Below are positions 8,588 through 18,432 of a DNA stretch of 64,000 nucleotides, piece by piece. The position numbers and the translations under genes are program-made. The notes beneath the pieces were generated by a model. The model was not told the origin of the DNA and ran no database searches. It saw only the letters and a list, made by a program, of their open reading frames with translations. Where the stretch lies: the sequence record SRR31156797_10522. One strand, written 5' to 3'. Each line of letters opens with the position of its first letter. Within the stretch, counting starts at the first letter, position 1.

Positions 8588-9880
8588 ATGGACAACAATA
8601 TAGAACTTCGATCGGACGAAGTAAAAGAGATTTTAGGTAGAGTTCCAAACTGGATCATTCGAAGTGGAACCACACTGTTTTTTGTTGTAATATTCACAAT
8701 AATAGTTGGTAGTTACTTTTTCAAATATCCGGATATTATTGGATCTAGATTAGTATTAAGTACATTGAATCCTCCAGCTGAATTAGTAGCTCGATCTTCT
8801 GGAAAGATTCAAATTTTATACGTTCAAGATAATCAAGAAGTCAAAAAAGGAAACCTTTTGGCAATTATTGATAATCCTGCGATTATTGATGACGTATTTT
8901 TGTTAAAGGAAAGATTGGATGTTTTCCAGGGACATTTAACCGGAAAGGAGAGTATTGAGTCCAATTTACTGGAATGTAATTTTAGATTAGGTGAAATACA
9001 GTCGTATTATAATGGTTTTTTAAAAGCTTATGTAGATTATCATCGTTTTTTCGAATTGGAGTATTATGATCGAAAGATTGTATCTCTTAATGATCAGGTA
9101 AGTAAATACAATATGTTTTACGATCGCCAATATCAGCAAAAAAAGATATTGGAAAGTGAATTGGCTATTTCAAAGAAACAATATGTAAGGGATTCCTCAC
9201 TTTACCAAAGAGGCGTAATTTCCCAATCTGATTTTCAAAATGCGAAGAAAAAATACTTGGATCAATCCTATACATTTCACGGATCACGTACATCTTTGGC
9301 ATCAACTCAAATAAGCATTTCTGAAGTGAAACAGCAAATCATTGACATGGAATTGCAGAAAGAGAATGAGAGAAAGAATTTACAAAACGTAATGATTCAA
9401 ACTTTTGATAATTTAACGGCACAGATTGATATTTGGGAGCAGCGATATTTAATTAAAACGCCTATTGATGGAAAGGTAAGTTTTAATAAATTTTACAGTT
9501 CGAACCAGAATGTTGAACAAGGCGAAAGAGTATTTACAGTTTTGCCAAACGATTCAACTGAAATTATTGCGAAGGTTGAATTAGGCATAAGTGGTGCAGG
9601 TAAAGTAAAAGTTGGACAACGAGTGAATATAAAATTAGATAATTATCCCTATCTTGAGTATGGTATGTTGGAAGGAACCATTCAGTCTATCTCAAAAATC
9701 CCTGAGGATCAGAAATACACCTTAGATGTTGATTTTCCTAAAGGATTAGTAACCAATTATGGTATAGAGCTTGAATTTGCACAAAAAATTGAAGGTGATG
9801 CCGAAATTATTACTGAGGATTTGCGTTTATTACAAAGAATATTTAGTCCGTTGAGAGCTCTATTGAAGGAAAGATTGTAG
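8588..9880 (+). CDS. HlyD family secretion membrane-fusion protein
   Basis: ELRSDEVKEILGRVPNWIIR N-terminus, single TM, coiled coil, IKTPIDG, NYPYLEYGMLEG. Confidence 0.93.
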   Translation: MDNNIELRSDEVKEILGRVPNWIIRSGTTLFFVVIFTIIVGSYFFKYPDIIGSRLVLSTLNPPAELVARSSGKIQILYVQDNQEVKKGNLLAIIDNPAIIDDVFLLKERLDVFQGHLTGKESIESNLLECNFRLGEIQSYYNGFLKAYVDYHRFFELEYYDRKIVSLNDQVSKYNMFYDRQYQQKKILESELAISKKQYVRDSSLYQRGVISQSDFQNAKKKYLDQSYTFHGSRTSLASTQISISEVKQQIIDMELQKENERKNLQNVMIQTFDNLTAQIDIWEQRYLIKTPIDGKVSFNKFYSSNQNVEQGERVFTVLPNDSTEIIAKVELGISGAGKVKVGQRVNIKLDNYPYLEYGMLEGTIQSISKIPEDQKYTLDVDFPKGLVTNYGIELEFAQKIEGDAEIITEDLRLLQRIFSPLRALLKERL

Positions 9881-9908
9881 GTTTCTTATCTAATTTTAAA
9901 ATTGGATT

Positions 9909-10862
9909 ATGGAGAAACTCGCGGTTGGAATTGATATAGGAGGAACACATACGGTATTTGGCTTAGTTGATCGCAATGCCAATATTGTAGCGGAAGGAGA
10001 ATTTTACACCAAAAATTTTTCTGATTTCAATCTCTTTATCGATGAACTTTTTACTAAAATTAAGAGCTTAATATCATCATGTAAGGAGGAATTTGAAATT
10101 GTAGGAGTAGGTGTGGGAGCTCCAAATGCAAATTTCTATAATGGGTTTATTCAAGATGCATCTAACCTTCCCTGGAAGGGGAAACTTCCTTTGGGAAATA
10201 AGTTAAAAGAACTGTTTCAACTTCCGGTTTATATTACTAATGATGCCAACGCATCTGCAATTGCTGAAATGATTTACGGAGGCGCTAAAGGTCTGAATAA
10301 TTTTATGGTTTTAACTTTAGGGACCGGTTTGGGTAGCGGAATTGTTATTAATAACGAATTGGTATATGGACACTCTGGTTTTGCTGGCGAAATAGGACAT
10401 ATTATAGTTCGCCCTGAGGGTAGACAATGTGGATGTGGTCGATATGGCTGTTTGGAAACTTATGTATCTGCTACGGGGATTAAAAGAACGGTTAGTAAAT
10501 TGTTAGCGAAATACTCATATAGCAGTGAATTAAGAAGTATTCCCTTTAATAAAATGAGTGCTAAACGATTGGCTAATGCAGCTTATAAAGGAGATAAAAT
10601 TGCAATAGAAGCATTCGAGTTTACCGGAAAAATATTAGGCATGGCTTTGGCCAATGTAATTGCCTTAAATAACCCGCAATCCATTTTTCTCGCTGGAGGA
10701 TTATCTAAAGCAGGAGATTTAATTTTAAAACCAACCAAGTACCATATGGAGGAGAACCTACTTTCAGTATTCGATGGGATGACTAATTTAAAGTTAACAT
10801 CGGTTATTGGAAATTCTGGTATTTTGGGCTCTTCAGCAATGGTATGGAAACTAGTGGAATAA
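9909..10862 (+). CDS. ROK family sugar kinase (glucokinase-like)
   Basis: GIDIGGT, NDANA, TLGTGLGSG, GEIGH, CGCGRYGCLE. Confidence 0.93.
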   Translation: MEKLAVGIDIGGTHTVFGLVDRNANIVAEGEFYTKNFSDFNLFIDELFTKIKSLISSCKEEFEIVGVGVGAPNANFYNGFIQDASNLPWKGKLPLGNKLKELFQLPVYITNDANASAIAEMIYGGAKGLNNFMVLTLGTGLGSGIVINNELVYGHSGFAGEIGHIIVRPEGRQCGCGRYGCLETYVSATGIKRTVSKLLAKYSYSSELRSIPFNKMSAKRLANAAYKGDKIAIEAFEFTGKILGMALANVIALNNPQSIFLAGGLSKAGDLILKPTKYHMEENLLSVFDGMTNLKLTSVIGNSGILGSSAMVWKLVE

Positions 10863-10907
10863 TTTGTAGATTTGATAGCTTTATCAATAAAATACCGCTA
10901 GTATTAA

Positions 10908-11897
10908 ATGAGATTTTTACTTTTTTTATTTACGCTTATCGTTATTTGCATCAACTCTGTAGTTGCGCAATTTCGTATAGAGCCATTCCCAACACACAAC
11001 CAAAGCCCATTAATTCATTTCTTTGGTCTACCCGTTAATACTGGAGGGAAGGTTTTAGGAAAGGGTGAATTCATTTTTAATAACTATTTAAATATCTCAA
11101 ATAGTGCTACTCGATCCAGAATTTTAGAAGAAACCATTTATCTCGATGGTGAGCTGTACCGTAATGATTTTTCTGTTCGATATGGACTATCTAATAAATT
11201 TGAACTTGGTATTAGTATACCGCTTGTAAAGCATTCTGGAGGTATTATGGACCCTTTTATTAAAGGTTGGCATAGTGTTTTTGGTTTGCCAGGTAAATCC
11301 AGAGAGGTGATGCCAAATCAGAATTTAGCCTACATGTACATGGAAAACAATGAAGCGGTATTGTTAATGGAAAAAAGCGAGTTGGATTTTGGGGATGTTT
11401 CTATTGACTTGTCCGCTCAATTATATAAAGGTGAGTGTAATAGCCTAATTATCAAAGCTTTTTTTAAATTTGCTACTGGCGATAAGGCTAACTTGATTGG
11501 AAGCGGAACGAATGATTATGGAATTCAAATTTCAGGTGAAAATACATCCATTATGAAATCAGGAAATTTGAGTTTGTTTTATTCAACAGGATTTTTAAAA
11601 ATTGGTTCTGGTGGAATGTTATCAGATAAACTAAGTAAGAATTTATTTTTTGGAAATATTGGTTGTGGTGTTAAGTTGAAGAATAAATTTATCCCTAAAT
11701 TACAATTTGATTTTCATTCTGAGTTTTATAAACAATCAGCAACAAAACAACTTGGAAATAAGTCGATACAAATGGTTTTAGGAACAGATTATGTTGTAAC
11801 AAATACTACTAAATTGTCAGTTTCCTTTACCGAAGATTTAATTGTAAATACTTCGCCAGATTTTGTGTTACAGTTTGGTGTGTCGTTTAAATTATAA
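10908..11897 (+). CDS. Secreted/outer-membrane beta-barrel protein, DUF3187-like
   Basis: Signal peptide, NQSP, DGE, GGIMDPFIKGWHSVFGLP, EDL...SPDF near the C-terminus. Confidence 0.65.
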   Translation: MRFLLFLFTLIVICINSVVAQFRIEPFPTHNQSPLIHFFGLPVNTGGKVLGKGEFIFNNYLNISNSATRSRILEETIYLDGELYRNDFSVRYGLSNKFELGISIPLVKHSGGIMDPFIKGWHSVFGLPGKSREVMPNQNLAYMYMENNEAVLLMEKSELDFGDVSIDLSAQLYKGECNSLIIKAFFKFATGDKANLIGSGTNDYGIQISGENTSIMKSGNLSLFYSTGFLKIGSGGMLSDKLSKNLFFGNIGCGVKLKNKFIPKLQFDFHSEFYKQSATKQLGNKSIQMVLGTDYVVTNTTKLSVSFTEDLIVNTSPDFVLQFGVSFKL

Positions 11898-11913
11898 TTT
11901 ATAAATAGTTGAT

Positions 11914-12282
11914 ATGAAGATCATTGGAAATATTATTTGGATAGTTTTTGGTGGATTATTTATTTTCTTAGAATATATAATCACAGGATTTTTAATGTGT
12001 TTAACGATAGTTGGTATACCATTTGGTTTAAAAATCATGCAATTATCTATCTTAGGATTAGCACCTTTTGGTCAAAAGGTGGAATACAATGAGCATGCCG
12101 GCGGATGTCTTAGTATAATCTTAAATATTATTTGGATTTTTATTGGTGGTATTTGGATTGCTTTAACCCATCTTGTGTTTGCTCTGTTATTTGCGATAAC
12201 AATAATTGGAATACCTTTTGCTGTTCAGCATGTAAAATTGGCGGGATTTGCACTTACTCCTTTTGGAAAAAGTATTCGATAA
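11914..12282 (+). CDS. YccF domain inner-membrane protein
   Basis: Duplicated NIIW..GG / TIIGIPF / L.PFG. Confidence 0.92.
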   Translation: MKIIGNIIWIVFGGLFIFLEYIITGFLMCLTIVGIPFGLKIMQLSILGLAPFGQKVEYNEHAGGCLSIILNIIWIFIGGIWIALTHLVFALLFAITIIGIPFAVQHVKLAGFALTPFGKSIR

Positions 12283-12295
12283 GACCAACGTCTAT

Positions 12296-12385
12296 AAAAA
12301 AGAATATCCCGGCCTAGGAGGCACGGGATTTTCACAAAATACTTAAACAACAAACACTAACATAAACGTTCCTTAACGCGTATGA
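12296..12385 (-). ncRNA. Candidate ~90-nt small RNA
   Basis: Minus-strand CACATTTG -7-like element (12390-12397), GU-rich body, GC hairpin with U-tract oriented for the minus strand, no minus-strand CDS nearby. Confidence 0.4.
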
Positions 12386-12539
12386 AGAGCAAATGTGGGA
12401 AAAATATATTGGATATGAAAGTATTCAGAAATATATAATGACAAAATTATCAGATACTTCCACCGAAAACGTTTGTATCACCCTTATTTATTTTCGATAT
12501 AAATACTGAAAGGTCTTTTTTTCGAATCAAATCTATAAT

Positions 12540-12555
12540 TGCTCCACGTGGAACA
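12540..12555. promoter_or_regulatory. parS-like site
   Basis: tgctccacgtggaaca, 15/16 to TGTTCCACGTGGAACA. Confidence 0.75.
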
Positions 12556-12620
12556 CAGTAAAAAATATTGAGTATTCATTTTCAGATACTTTCTCTAAAA
12601 GCTCGTCATAAAAAATCTGA

Positions 12621-12628
12621 TATCTTTG
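12621..12628 (+). promoter_or_regulatory. Bacteroidota primary-sigma -7 element
   Basis: TATCTTTG (TAnnTTTG) 27 nt upstream of the flippase gene. Confidence 0.6.
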
Positions 12629-12655
12629 CACTTTTAACCGAAATACTACAAAAAA

Positions 12656-14140
12656 TTGAATCCACTAAAGAAACTTGCTGGTGAAACTGCCATTTATGGA
12701 GTTAGCTCGATTGTTGGTCGCTTTTTAAATTGGCTATTGTTTCCAATTTATACTTATATTTTTGCACCGGATGAATATGGTATTGTTGCCAATTTAATGT
12801 CCTACGTTGCTCTTTTGCTCGTTTTACTTACTTATGGTATGGAAACCGGATACTTTCGATTTGCCAATAAGGATGGAAAGGCAGACATTACATTTTCTAC
12901 TGGTTTTTTAAGTTTAACAACTACCACTTTATTATTCTGGATTTTTGTTCTTGTTTTTCTAAATCCATTAGGTATATTTTTAAAAATACCTGAGCATCAG
13001 GAGTATATCTTACTTCTTGCAGTAACCCTTGGATTAGATGCAATTACAGCTTTACCTTTTGCAAAACTTCGTTTGCAAAACAGAGCCTTTCGTTATGCAG
13101 GATTAAAGTTGTTCAATATTTTTATCAATCTTGGAATCAATTTATTTTTCCTTGTACTTTGTCCTTGGATTTATGAAAACTTCCCCAACATACCTATAGA
13201 AACCATTTGGAATCCTGAAATAGGAATTGGCTATATCTTTATTGCATATTGCGTGGCATCTATTGCGAATTTCCTTTTATTACTGCCAGATTTTAAGATG
13301 ATTAGATTTCAAATTCATTGGCAATTACTTAAAGGTATTCTGAGCTATTCATGGCCTATTCTGATTGTTGGTGTCTGCGGAATGATTAATATCAATTTAG
13401 ATAAGATACTACTCCCAAAATTAATTCCTGCAGAATTAAATCCTATGCATCAAACAGGTATATACGCAGCAAATTACAAACTGGCGGTTGTTATGACTTT
13501 ATTTATTCAGGCATTTCGATACGCTTTTGAACCCTTCTTTTTTGCTCAAGCAAAAGAGAAAAACTCAAAACAAGTTTATGCTGACGTTCTAAAGTATTTT
13601 ACTGTATTTGGTATGTTTATTTTCCTGGGTGTAATGTTCTATATGGATATTGTAAAATTTCTAATTAAATCTACATATCACGAAGGATTAAGTATCGTAC
13701 CTTATGTATTGTTGGGTAATTTTTTCTTTGGAGTTTTTTACTCATTATCCTTATGGTATAAGCTTAGCGATAAAACTCGATATGGTGCTTTATTGGCAAT
13801 TATAGGTTCAATTATTACTATTGTTCTAAATTTATTATTAGTACCTAGAATTGGTTATATGGGAGCTGCATATGCTGTATTCATCTGTTTTATTTTAATG
13901 ATGATCGTTTCATATTTCCTAGGGCAGAAATATTACCCGGTACCATATGATTTGAAAAGAATTTTCCTCTATTTTTTTGCTGCAATGTTTTTATATTGGA
14001 TTAGTATTCAAATTCAATTCGATAATCAATGGCTTAAAATGGCTGCAAAAACACCTTTATTTATAGGATTTTTGATTTTGGTAATTCAGAAAGAAAGCTT
14101 GTGGAAGCCACTTTTAAAGTTGCTTCAATTGAGAAAATAG
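12656..14140 (+). CDS. Polysaccharide biosynthesis/oligosaccharide flippase (MOP/Wzx-like)
   Basis: LAGETAIYGVSSIVGR, YGMETGYFRF, QAFRYAFEPFFF; many TM helices. Confidence 0.85.
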   Translation: MNPLKKLAGETAIYGVSSIVGRFLNWLLFPIYTYIFAPDEYGIVANLMSYVALLLVLLTYGMETGYFRFANKDGKADITFSTGFLSLTTTTLLFWIFVLVFLNPLGIFLKIPEHQEYILLLAVTLGLDAITALPFAKLRLQNRAFRYAGLKLFNIFINLGINLFFLVLCPWIYENFPNIPIETIWNPEIGIGYIFIAYCVASIANFLLLLPDFKMIRFQIHWQLLKGILSYSWPILIVGVCGMININLDKILLPKLIPAELNPMHQTGIYAANYKLAVVMTLFIQAFRYAFEPFFFAQAKEKNSKQVYADVLKYFTVFGMFIFLGVMFYMDIVKFLIKSTYHEGLSIVPYVLLGNFFFGVFYSLSLWYKLSDKTRYGALLAIIGSIITIVLNLLLVPRIGYMGAAYAVFICFILMMIVSYFLGQKYYPVPYDLKRIFLYFFAAMFLYWISIQIQFDNQWLKMAAKTPLFIGFLILVIQKESLWKPLLKLLQLRK

Positions 14141-14240
14141 ATTCAAGTATCGCTTCATTTTTTTTATCTTTCATAAGAGGATTGAAAAATGTATCTTAGC
14201 CATTCATTAAAAAGGGTGTTCATTTAAGTAATTTTATTCA

Positions 14241-14675
14241 ATGAAAGTTAAAATCGTTAATAAATCGAAGCACGATTTACCAAAATACAGTACTGAGTTA
14301 TCGGCTGGTATGGACCTAAGGGCTAACATTTCAGAACCAGTTTTTCTTAAATCTTTAGAAAGAAAATTAATTAAAACGGGATTGTTTATAGAACTTCCTG
14401 CTGGCTATGAGGCTCAAATAAGACCAAGAAGTGGAATGGCTTTGAAAGAGGGGATTACTGTTTTAAATACTCCAGGAACTATCGATGCAGATTATCGTGG
14501 AGAAATTGGTGTAATTCTGGCAAACCTTTCCAATGAGGTAGTTGAAATTAATGATGGAGACAGAATTTGCCAAATGGTTATAGCTGCTCACGAAACTGTT
14601 AGCTGGGAACCAGTTGAAGAGTTAGAAGTATCGGAACGCGGTGCCGGAGGATTTGGACATACCGGAAAAGGTTAA
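14241..14675 (+). CDS. dut: dUTP diphosphatase
   Basis: [31 protein letters not shown]. Confidence 0.98.
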   Translation: MKVKIVNKSKHDLPKYSTELSAGMDLRANISEPVFLKSLERKLIKTGLFIELPAGYEAQIRPRSGMALKEGITVLNTPGTIDADYRGEIGVILANLSNEVVEINDGDRICQMVIAAHETVSWEPVEELEVSERGAGGFGHTGKG

Positions 14676-14777
14676 AGCGTTAAAAATTATTAATTTGGAT
14701 CAAAACAACTTTCTAAAGCTTACATTTGATCCCAATTTTACCTATTTTATACATTACTACTACAAATTAATCAGTAA

Positions 14778-15782
14778 ATGAAGATTATTGTACCTATGGC
14801 AGGGATGGGAAAGCGTATGCGCCCACATACCCTTACCGTACCAAAACCATTGATTCCTATTGCAGGAAAACCTATTGTTCAACGTTTAGTTGAAGAAATT
14901 GCTAAAGTATCGAATGATAAGATTGATGAAATTGCTTTTATCATTGGTGATTTTGGCAAGGAAGTTGAGAATACTTTGTGCGAGATTGCAGATAATTTAG
15001 GTGCTAAGGCAAGTATCTATTATCAAACAGAAGCATTAGGAACAGCTCATGCTATTCATTGTGCCGCACCATCATTATCAGATAAGGTAGTTGTTGCTTT
15101 TGCTGATACATTGTTCAAGGCAGATTTTGTTCTGGATGCTGATGCGGATAGTGTAATTTGGGTGCAGAAAGTTGAAGATCCTTCGGCATTCGGTGTTGTT
15201 AAGCTTGGCGAAGACAATAAAATTACAGACTTTGTAGAGAAGCCTCAGGAGTTTGTTTCTGATTTGGCAATTATTGGTATTTACTATTTTAAAGATGGTG
15301 AAAACCTTAAGAACGAATTACAGTACTTGTTAGATAATAAAGTTGTTGTTAACGGAGAATATCAGTTAACAGATGCTTTAGAAAACATGAAAAATAAAGG
15401 GCTGGTTTTTAAACCAGGTCAAGTTATAGAGTGGATGGATTGTGGTAATAAAGATGCAACAGTTCATACAAATCAGAGAATTTTAGAATATCATAAAGAT
15501 GATGAACTGGTTTGTTCATCAGCATCTCATGAAAATTCTATTATTATTCCTCCATGTTATATTGGAGAAAACGTTAAGATTGTTAATTCGGTAGTGGGAC
15601 CACATGTATCGGTTGGTTCTGGATCTACGGTAAGTAATACATTGGTTCGCAATTCAATAATTCAGAGAGATTCAAATTTAGAGAATTTGAATCTTGATAA
15701 TTCAATGGTTGGAAATCATGTTGATATTCAAGGAGATGTTTCTGAATTGAATGTTGGAGATTTTGCGAGCTTTTCAAAATAG
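14778..15782 (+). CDS. Sugar-phosphate nucleotidyltransferase
   Basis: PMAGMGKRMRPHT..PKPL, EKP, GEYQLTDA; C-terminal left-handed beta-helix repeats. Confidence 0.88.
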   Translation: MKIIVPMAGMGKRMRPHTLTVPKPLIPIAGKPIVQRLVEEIAKVSNDKIDEIAFIIGDFGKEVENTLCEIADNLGAKASIYYQTEALGTAHAIHCAAPSLSDKVVVAFADTLFKADFVLDADADSVIWVQKVEDPSAFGVVKLGEDNKITDFVEKPQEFVSDLAIIGIYYFKDGENLKNELQYLLDNKVVVNGEYQLTDALENMKNKGLVFKPGQVIEWMDCGNKDATVHTNQRILEYHKDDELVCSSASHENSIIIPPCYIGENVKIVNSVVGPHVSVGSGSTVSNTLVRNSIIQRDSNLENLNLDNSMVGNHVDIQGDVSELNVGDFASFSK

Positions 15783-15789
15783 ATAGCAG

Positions 15790-17568
15790 ATGAAAGCGGG
15801 AAGTAAATTAATGATAGCATTAATTGCTGGTGGATTACTGATTTCAGGATCACCAGTAATTGCAAAGAATATGAATTCTGCACCCAGAAAAGAGAAGGTG
15901 CAGAAAGATGTGAAGTTAACAGAACAACAAAAATTAGAGTTTGATTTTGCTTTTGCAGAAGCAACTAAGTCTGTTTTGTTAGGTGAGATTGAGAAAGGGA
16001 TTTCTTTGTATGCTTCCTGCATCAAAATCGATCCATCAAGCGCTGTTGTAAGATATGAACTGGCTAATATCTATTTAAGTCAGGGAAATTTAAACAGCGC
16101 TTTGGAATTATCTCGAGGAGCAGTTAAATTAAAACCACAGAATCTTTGGTACCAAATTCAATTGGCAAATATCTATCAGAAAAAATCGATGATAGATCAT
16201 GCATGTAAGGTATATGATGAGTTGATTGAAATGAACCCGGAACGCAATGACTTCTACTATTTACAAGCCTCTCTTTATGCTTCGGTTGAAAAATTTAAAG
16301 AAGCGATTGAAGTCTATAATCGTTTGGAAAAGAAAGTTGGTGTTCAAGAAGGTGTTTCCTTAGAAAAAGAAAGACTTTATTTGAAGCTAGGTGATAGAAA
16401 AATGGCCTACGCAGAAGTGCAAAAATTGATTAAAAAATATCCTTACAGAGCCGATTTTTACGGCATGCTTGCTGATTTGTACCTTGCAGACAACGAAGAA
16501 GAAAAAGCATTTAAACAATACAAAGAAATATTAAAGGTTGATCCAAATAATGGATTGGTACATTTTTATCTCGCAGATTTTTACCGAAAGAAGGGTGAGG
16601 TAGAGAAAAGTAATGTTTCGTTGGCTAAAGCATTTGCTCAGCAGGAGATAGAAGCAGATCAAAAAATTCAGTATTTAATTGCCATGCTGATGAATCCTGA
16701 TCAAGCAAAGTTTACCGATGAATATCTAAAAAGCCTTTTGGATACTCTGGTAGAAATTCACCCTGGACATGTTCGAGTTCACGCTCTTTATGCTGATTTC
16801 TTGCGTAAAAGAGATGATAACGAAGGTGCAAAATATCATTTGGAAAAGGTTTTAGAAGAAGAAAAATCGAACTATGTTGTTTGGGAAGAATTGTTGTTAA
16901 TTCACAATCAATTGCTAGATTTTGATAGTATGCTTAAAGTTAGTTCTGAGGCGATAAATTATTTTCCAAGCCAACCTTTGCTCTATGTTTTTAAAGGTGT
17001 TGCATCAGCTCAAAAAGAGGATTATAAAACTGCTATAGAGGCATTCGAAGATGGAATTTCTTACATTGGAGATAATGTTCAATTGAGAATTCAATTTAAA
17101 ACATACATGGGCGATGCCTATTATCAAGCAGGAAATTCTGAAAAAGCCTTTAAAGCTTATGACGAGGTTTTACTTTTTGATCCAAATAATGTAATAGTAC
17201 TAAATAACTACAGTTACTATTTGTCAGTATTAGGCAAAAACCTTGAAAAGGCAAAAGAAATGAGTTCACTTTGTGTTGAATTGGAATCCGAAAATTCAAC
17301 CTATTTGGATACTTACGCTTGGGTTTTGTATCAATTGGGTCAATATAAAGAAGCTATAATTCCTATGGAAAAAGCCATGCAACATGGTGGTGAAGAATCT
17401 GCTGTTGTTGTCGAGCATTATGGTGATATTCTTTTTCGCTTAGGCAACAATGAAAAGGCGTTAGAAGAGTGGAAGAAAGCAGTTGAGATAGGTGAAGGAT
17501 CAGAATATCTTGCCGAAAAAGTTAAAACAGGTGCAATTCCTGAGAAGACAAATAAGAATGAAGAGTAA
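15790..17568 (+). CDS. Tetratricopeptide repeat protein (exported)
   Basis: Signal peptide, multiple TPRs, LNNYSYYL and YLDTYAWVLY. Confidence 0.9.
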   Translation: MKAGSKLMIALIAGGLLISGSPVIAKNMNSAPRKEKVQKDVKLTEQQKLEFDFAFAEATKSVLLGEIEKGISLYASCIKIDPSSAVVRYELANIYLSQGNLNSALELSRGAVKLKPQNLWYQIQLANIYQKKSMIDHACKVYDELIEMNPERNDFYYLQASLYASVEKFKEAIEVYNRLEKKVGVQEGVSLEKERLYLKLGDRKMAYAEVQKLIKKYPYRADFYGMLADLYLADNEEEKAFKQYKEILKVDPNNGLVHFYLADFYRKKGEVEKSNVSLAKAFAQQEIEADQKIQYLIAMLMNPDQAKFTDEYLKSLLDTLVEIHPGHVRVHALYADFLRKRDDNEGAKYHLEKVLEEEKSNYVVWEELLLIHNQLLDFDSMLKVSSEAINYFPSQPLLYVFKGVASAQKEDYKTAIEAFEDGISYIGDNVQLRIQFKTYMGDAYYQAGNSEKAFKAYDEVLLFDPNNVIVLNNYSYYLSVLGKNLEKAKEMSSLCVELESENSTYLDTYAWVLYQLGQYKEAIIPMEKAMQHGGEESAVVVEHYGDILFRLGNNEKALEEWKKAVEIGEGSEYLAEKVKTGAIPEKTNKNEE

Positions 17569-18424
17569 TTTAAATTCAAAAATAGTAATAGGGATTTTGC
17601 TTGTAATTATTGCCTTTTTTAATGTTTCCTGTAAAACAGTGCATGAGTTAGGTGTAGTAAAAGCAAAGCCAATATCCGATGGAAAACTTTACAGAGAATT
17701 AATAGATAGTAGCCTTCACTACAACACATTTTATGTGAAAAAATTCTCAGCAAGCTTTACTGTTGATGGTGTAAAAAAGAACTTTAAAGGTTCTATGAAA
17801 ATTCAGAAAGACAGTTTAATTTGGATGTCAATTACAGCTCCAGTAGGTGGGATAGAGGTGGCTAGAATGCTTATTAGTAAGGATTCGGTCAAGATGATTG
17901 ACAGATTAAAAAAGAAGTATTTTGTTGATGATTTTAATTTTTTTAGAGAGAAGTTAAATGTTGATTTAAACTTCGAAATCTTACAAAGTATATTAACAAA
18001 TTCGGTATTTACGGCTGTTAATAATGATAAAGGAAAATCTTTTGTGAGAGGTTTTAATGGAAGGATTATCGATAACATGTATGTTTTCATTTCTGAAAAA
18101 TCACGTAAGGTGGACAGAAAATTAAGGAAGGATAAATTAAAGAAATTGAATCGTTTCGGTTATCAGAGAGTTGATATAGATCCGTCTTTAATGAGAATTA
18201 CTGATGTTTTGGTGAAAGATTTCGATGATGCCCGTGATATTAATGTAAAATATCGTGATTTTAAATCTTTTGAGGAGGAGAAGTTTCCTCAGCGTTTGAG
18301 CTTTCAAGTGAATGATCCGAAACATTTATTATCTTGTAGCATTAAATTTAATAAAATATCTTTCGACGAAAAGCTTAGATTTTCTTTTAAAATTTCGAGT
18401 AAATACGAAAGAATTTATCCCTAA
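17558..18424 (+). CDS. DUF4292 domain lipoprotein
   Basis: VSCK lipobox, KDSLIWMSI, GIEVAR; usual position between TPR and EnvC genes. Confidence 0.8.
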   Translation: MKSNLNSKIVIGILLVIIAFFNVSCKTVHELGVVKAKPISDGKLYRELIDSSLHYNTFYVKKFSASFTVDGVKKNFKGSMKIQKDSLIWMSITAPVGGIEVARMLISKDSVKMIDRLKKKYFVDDFNFFREKLNVDLNFEILQSILTNSVFTAVNNDKGKSFVRGFNGRIIDNMYVFISEKSRKVDRKLRKDKLKKLNRFGYQRVDIDPSLMRITDVLVKDFDDARDINVKYRDFKSFEEEKFPQRLSFQVNDPKHLLSCSIKFNKISFDEKLRFSFKISSKYERIYP

Positions 18425-18432
18425 ATAGCATT

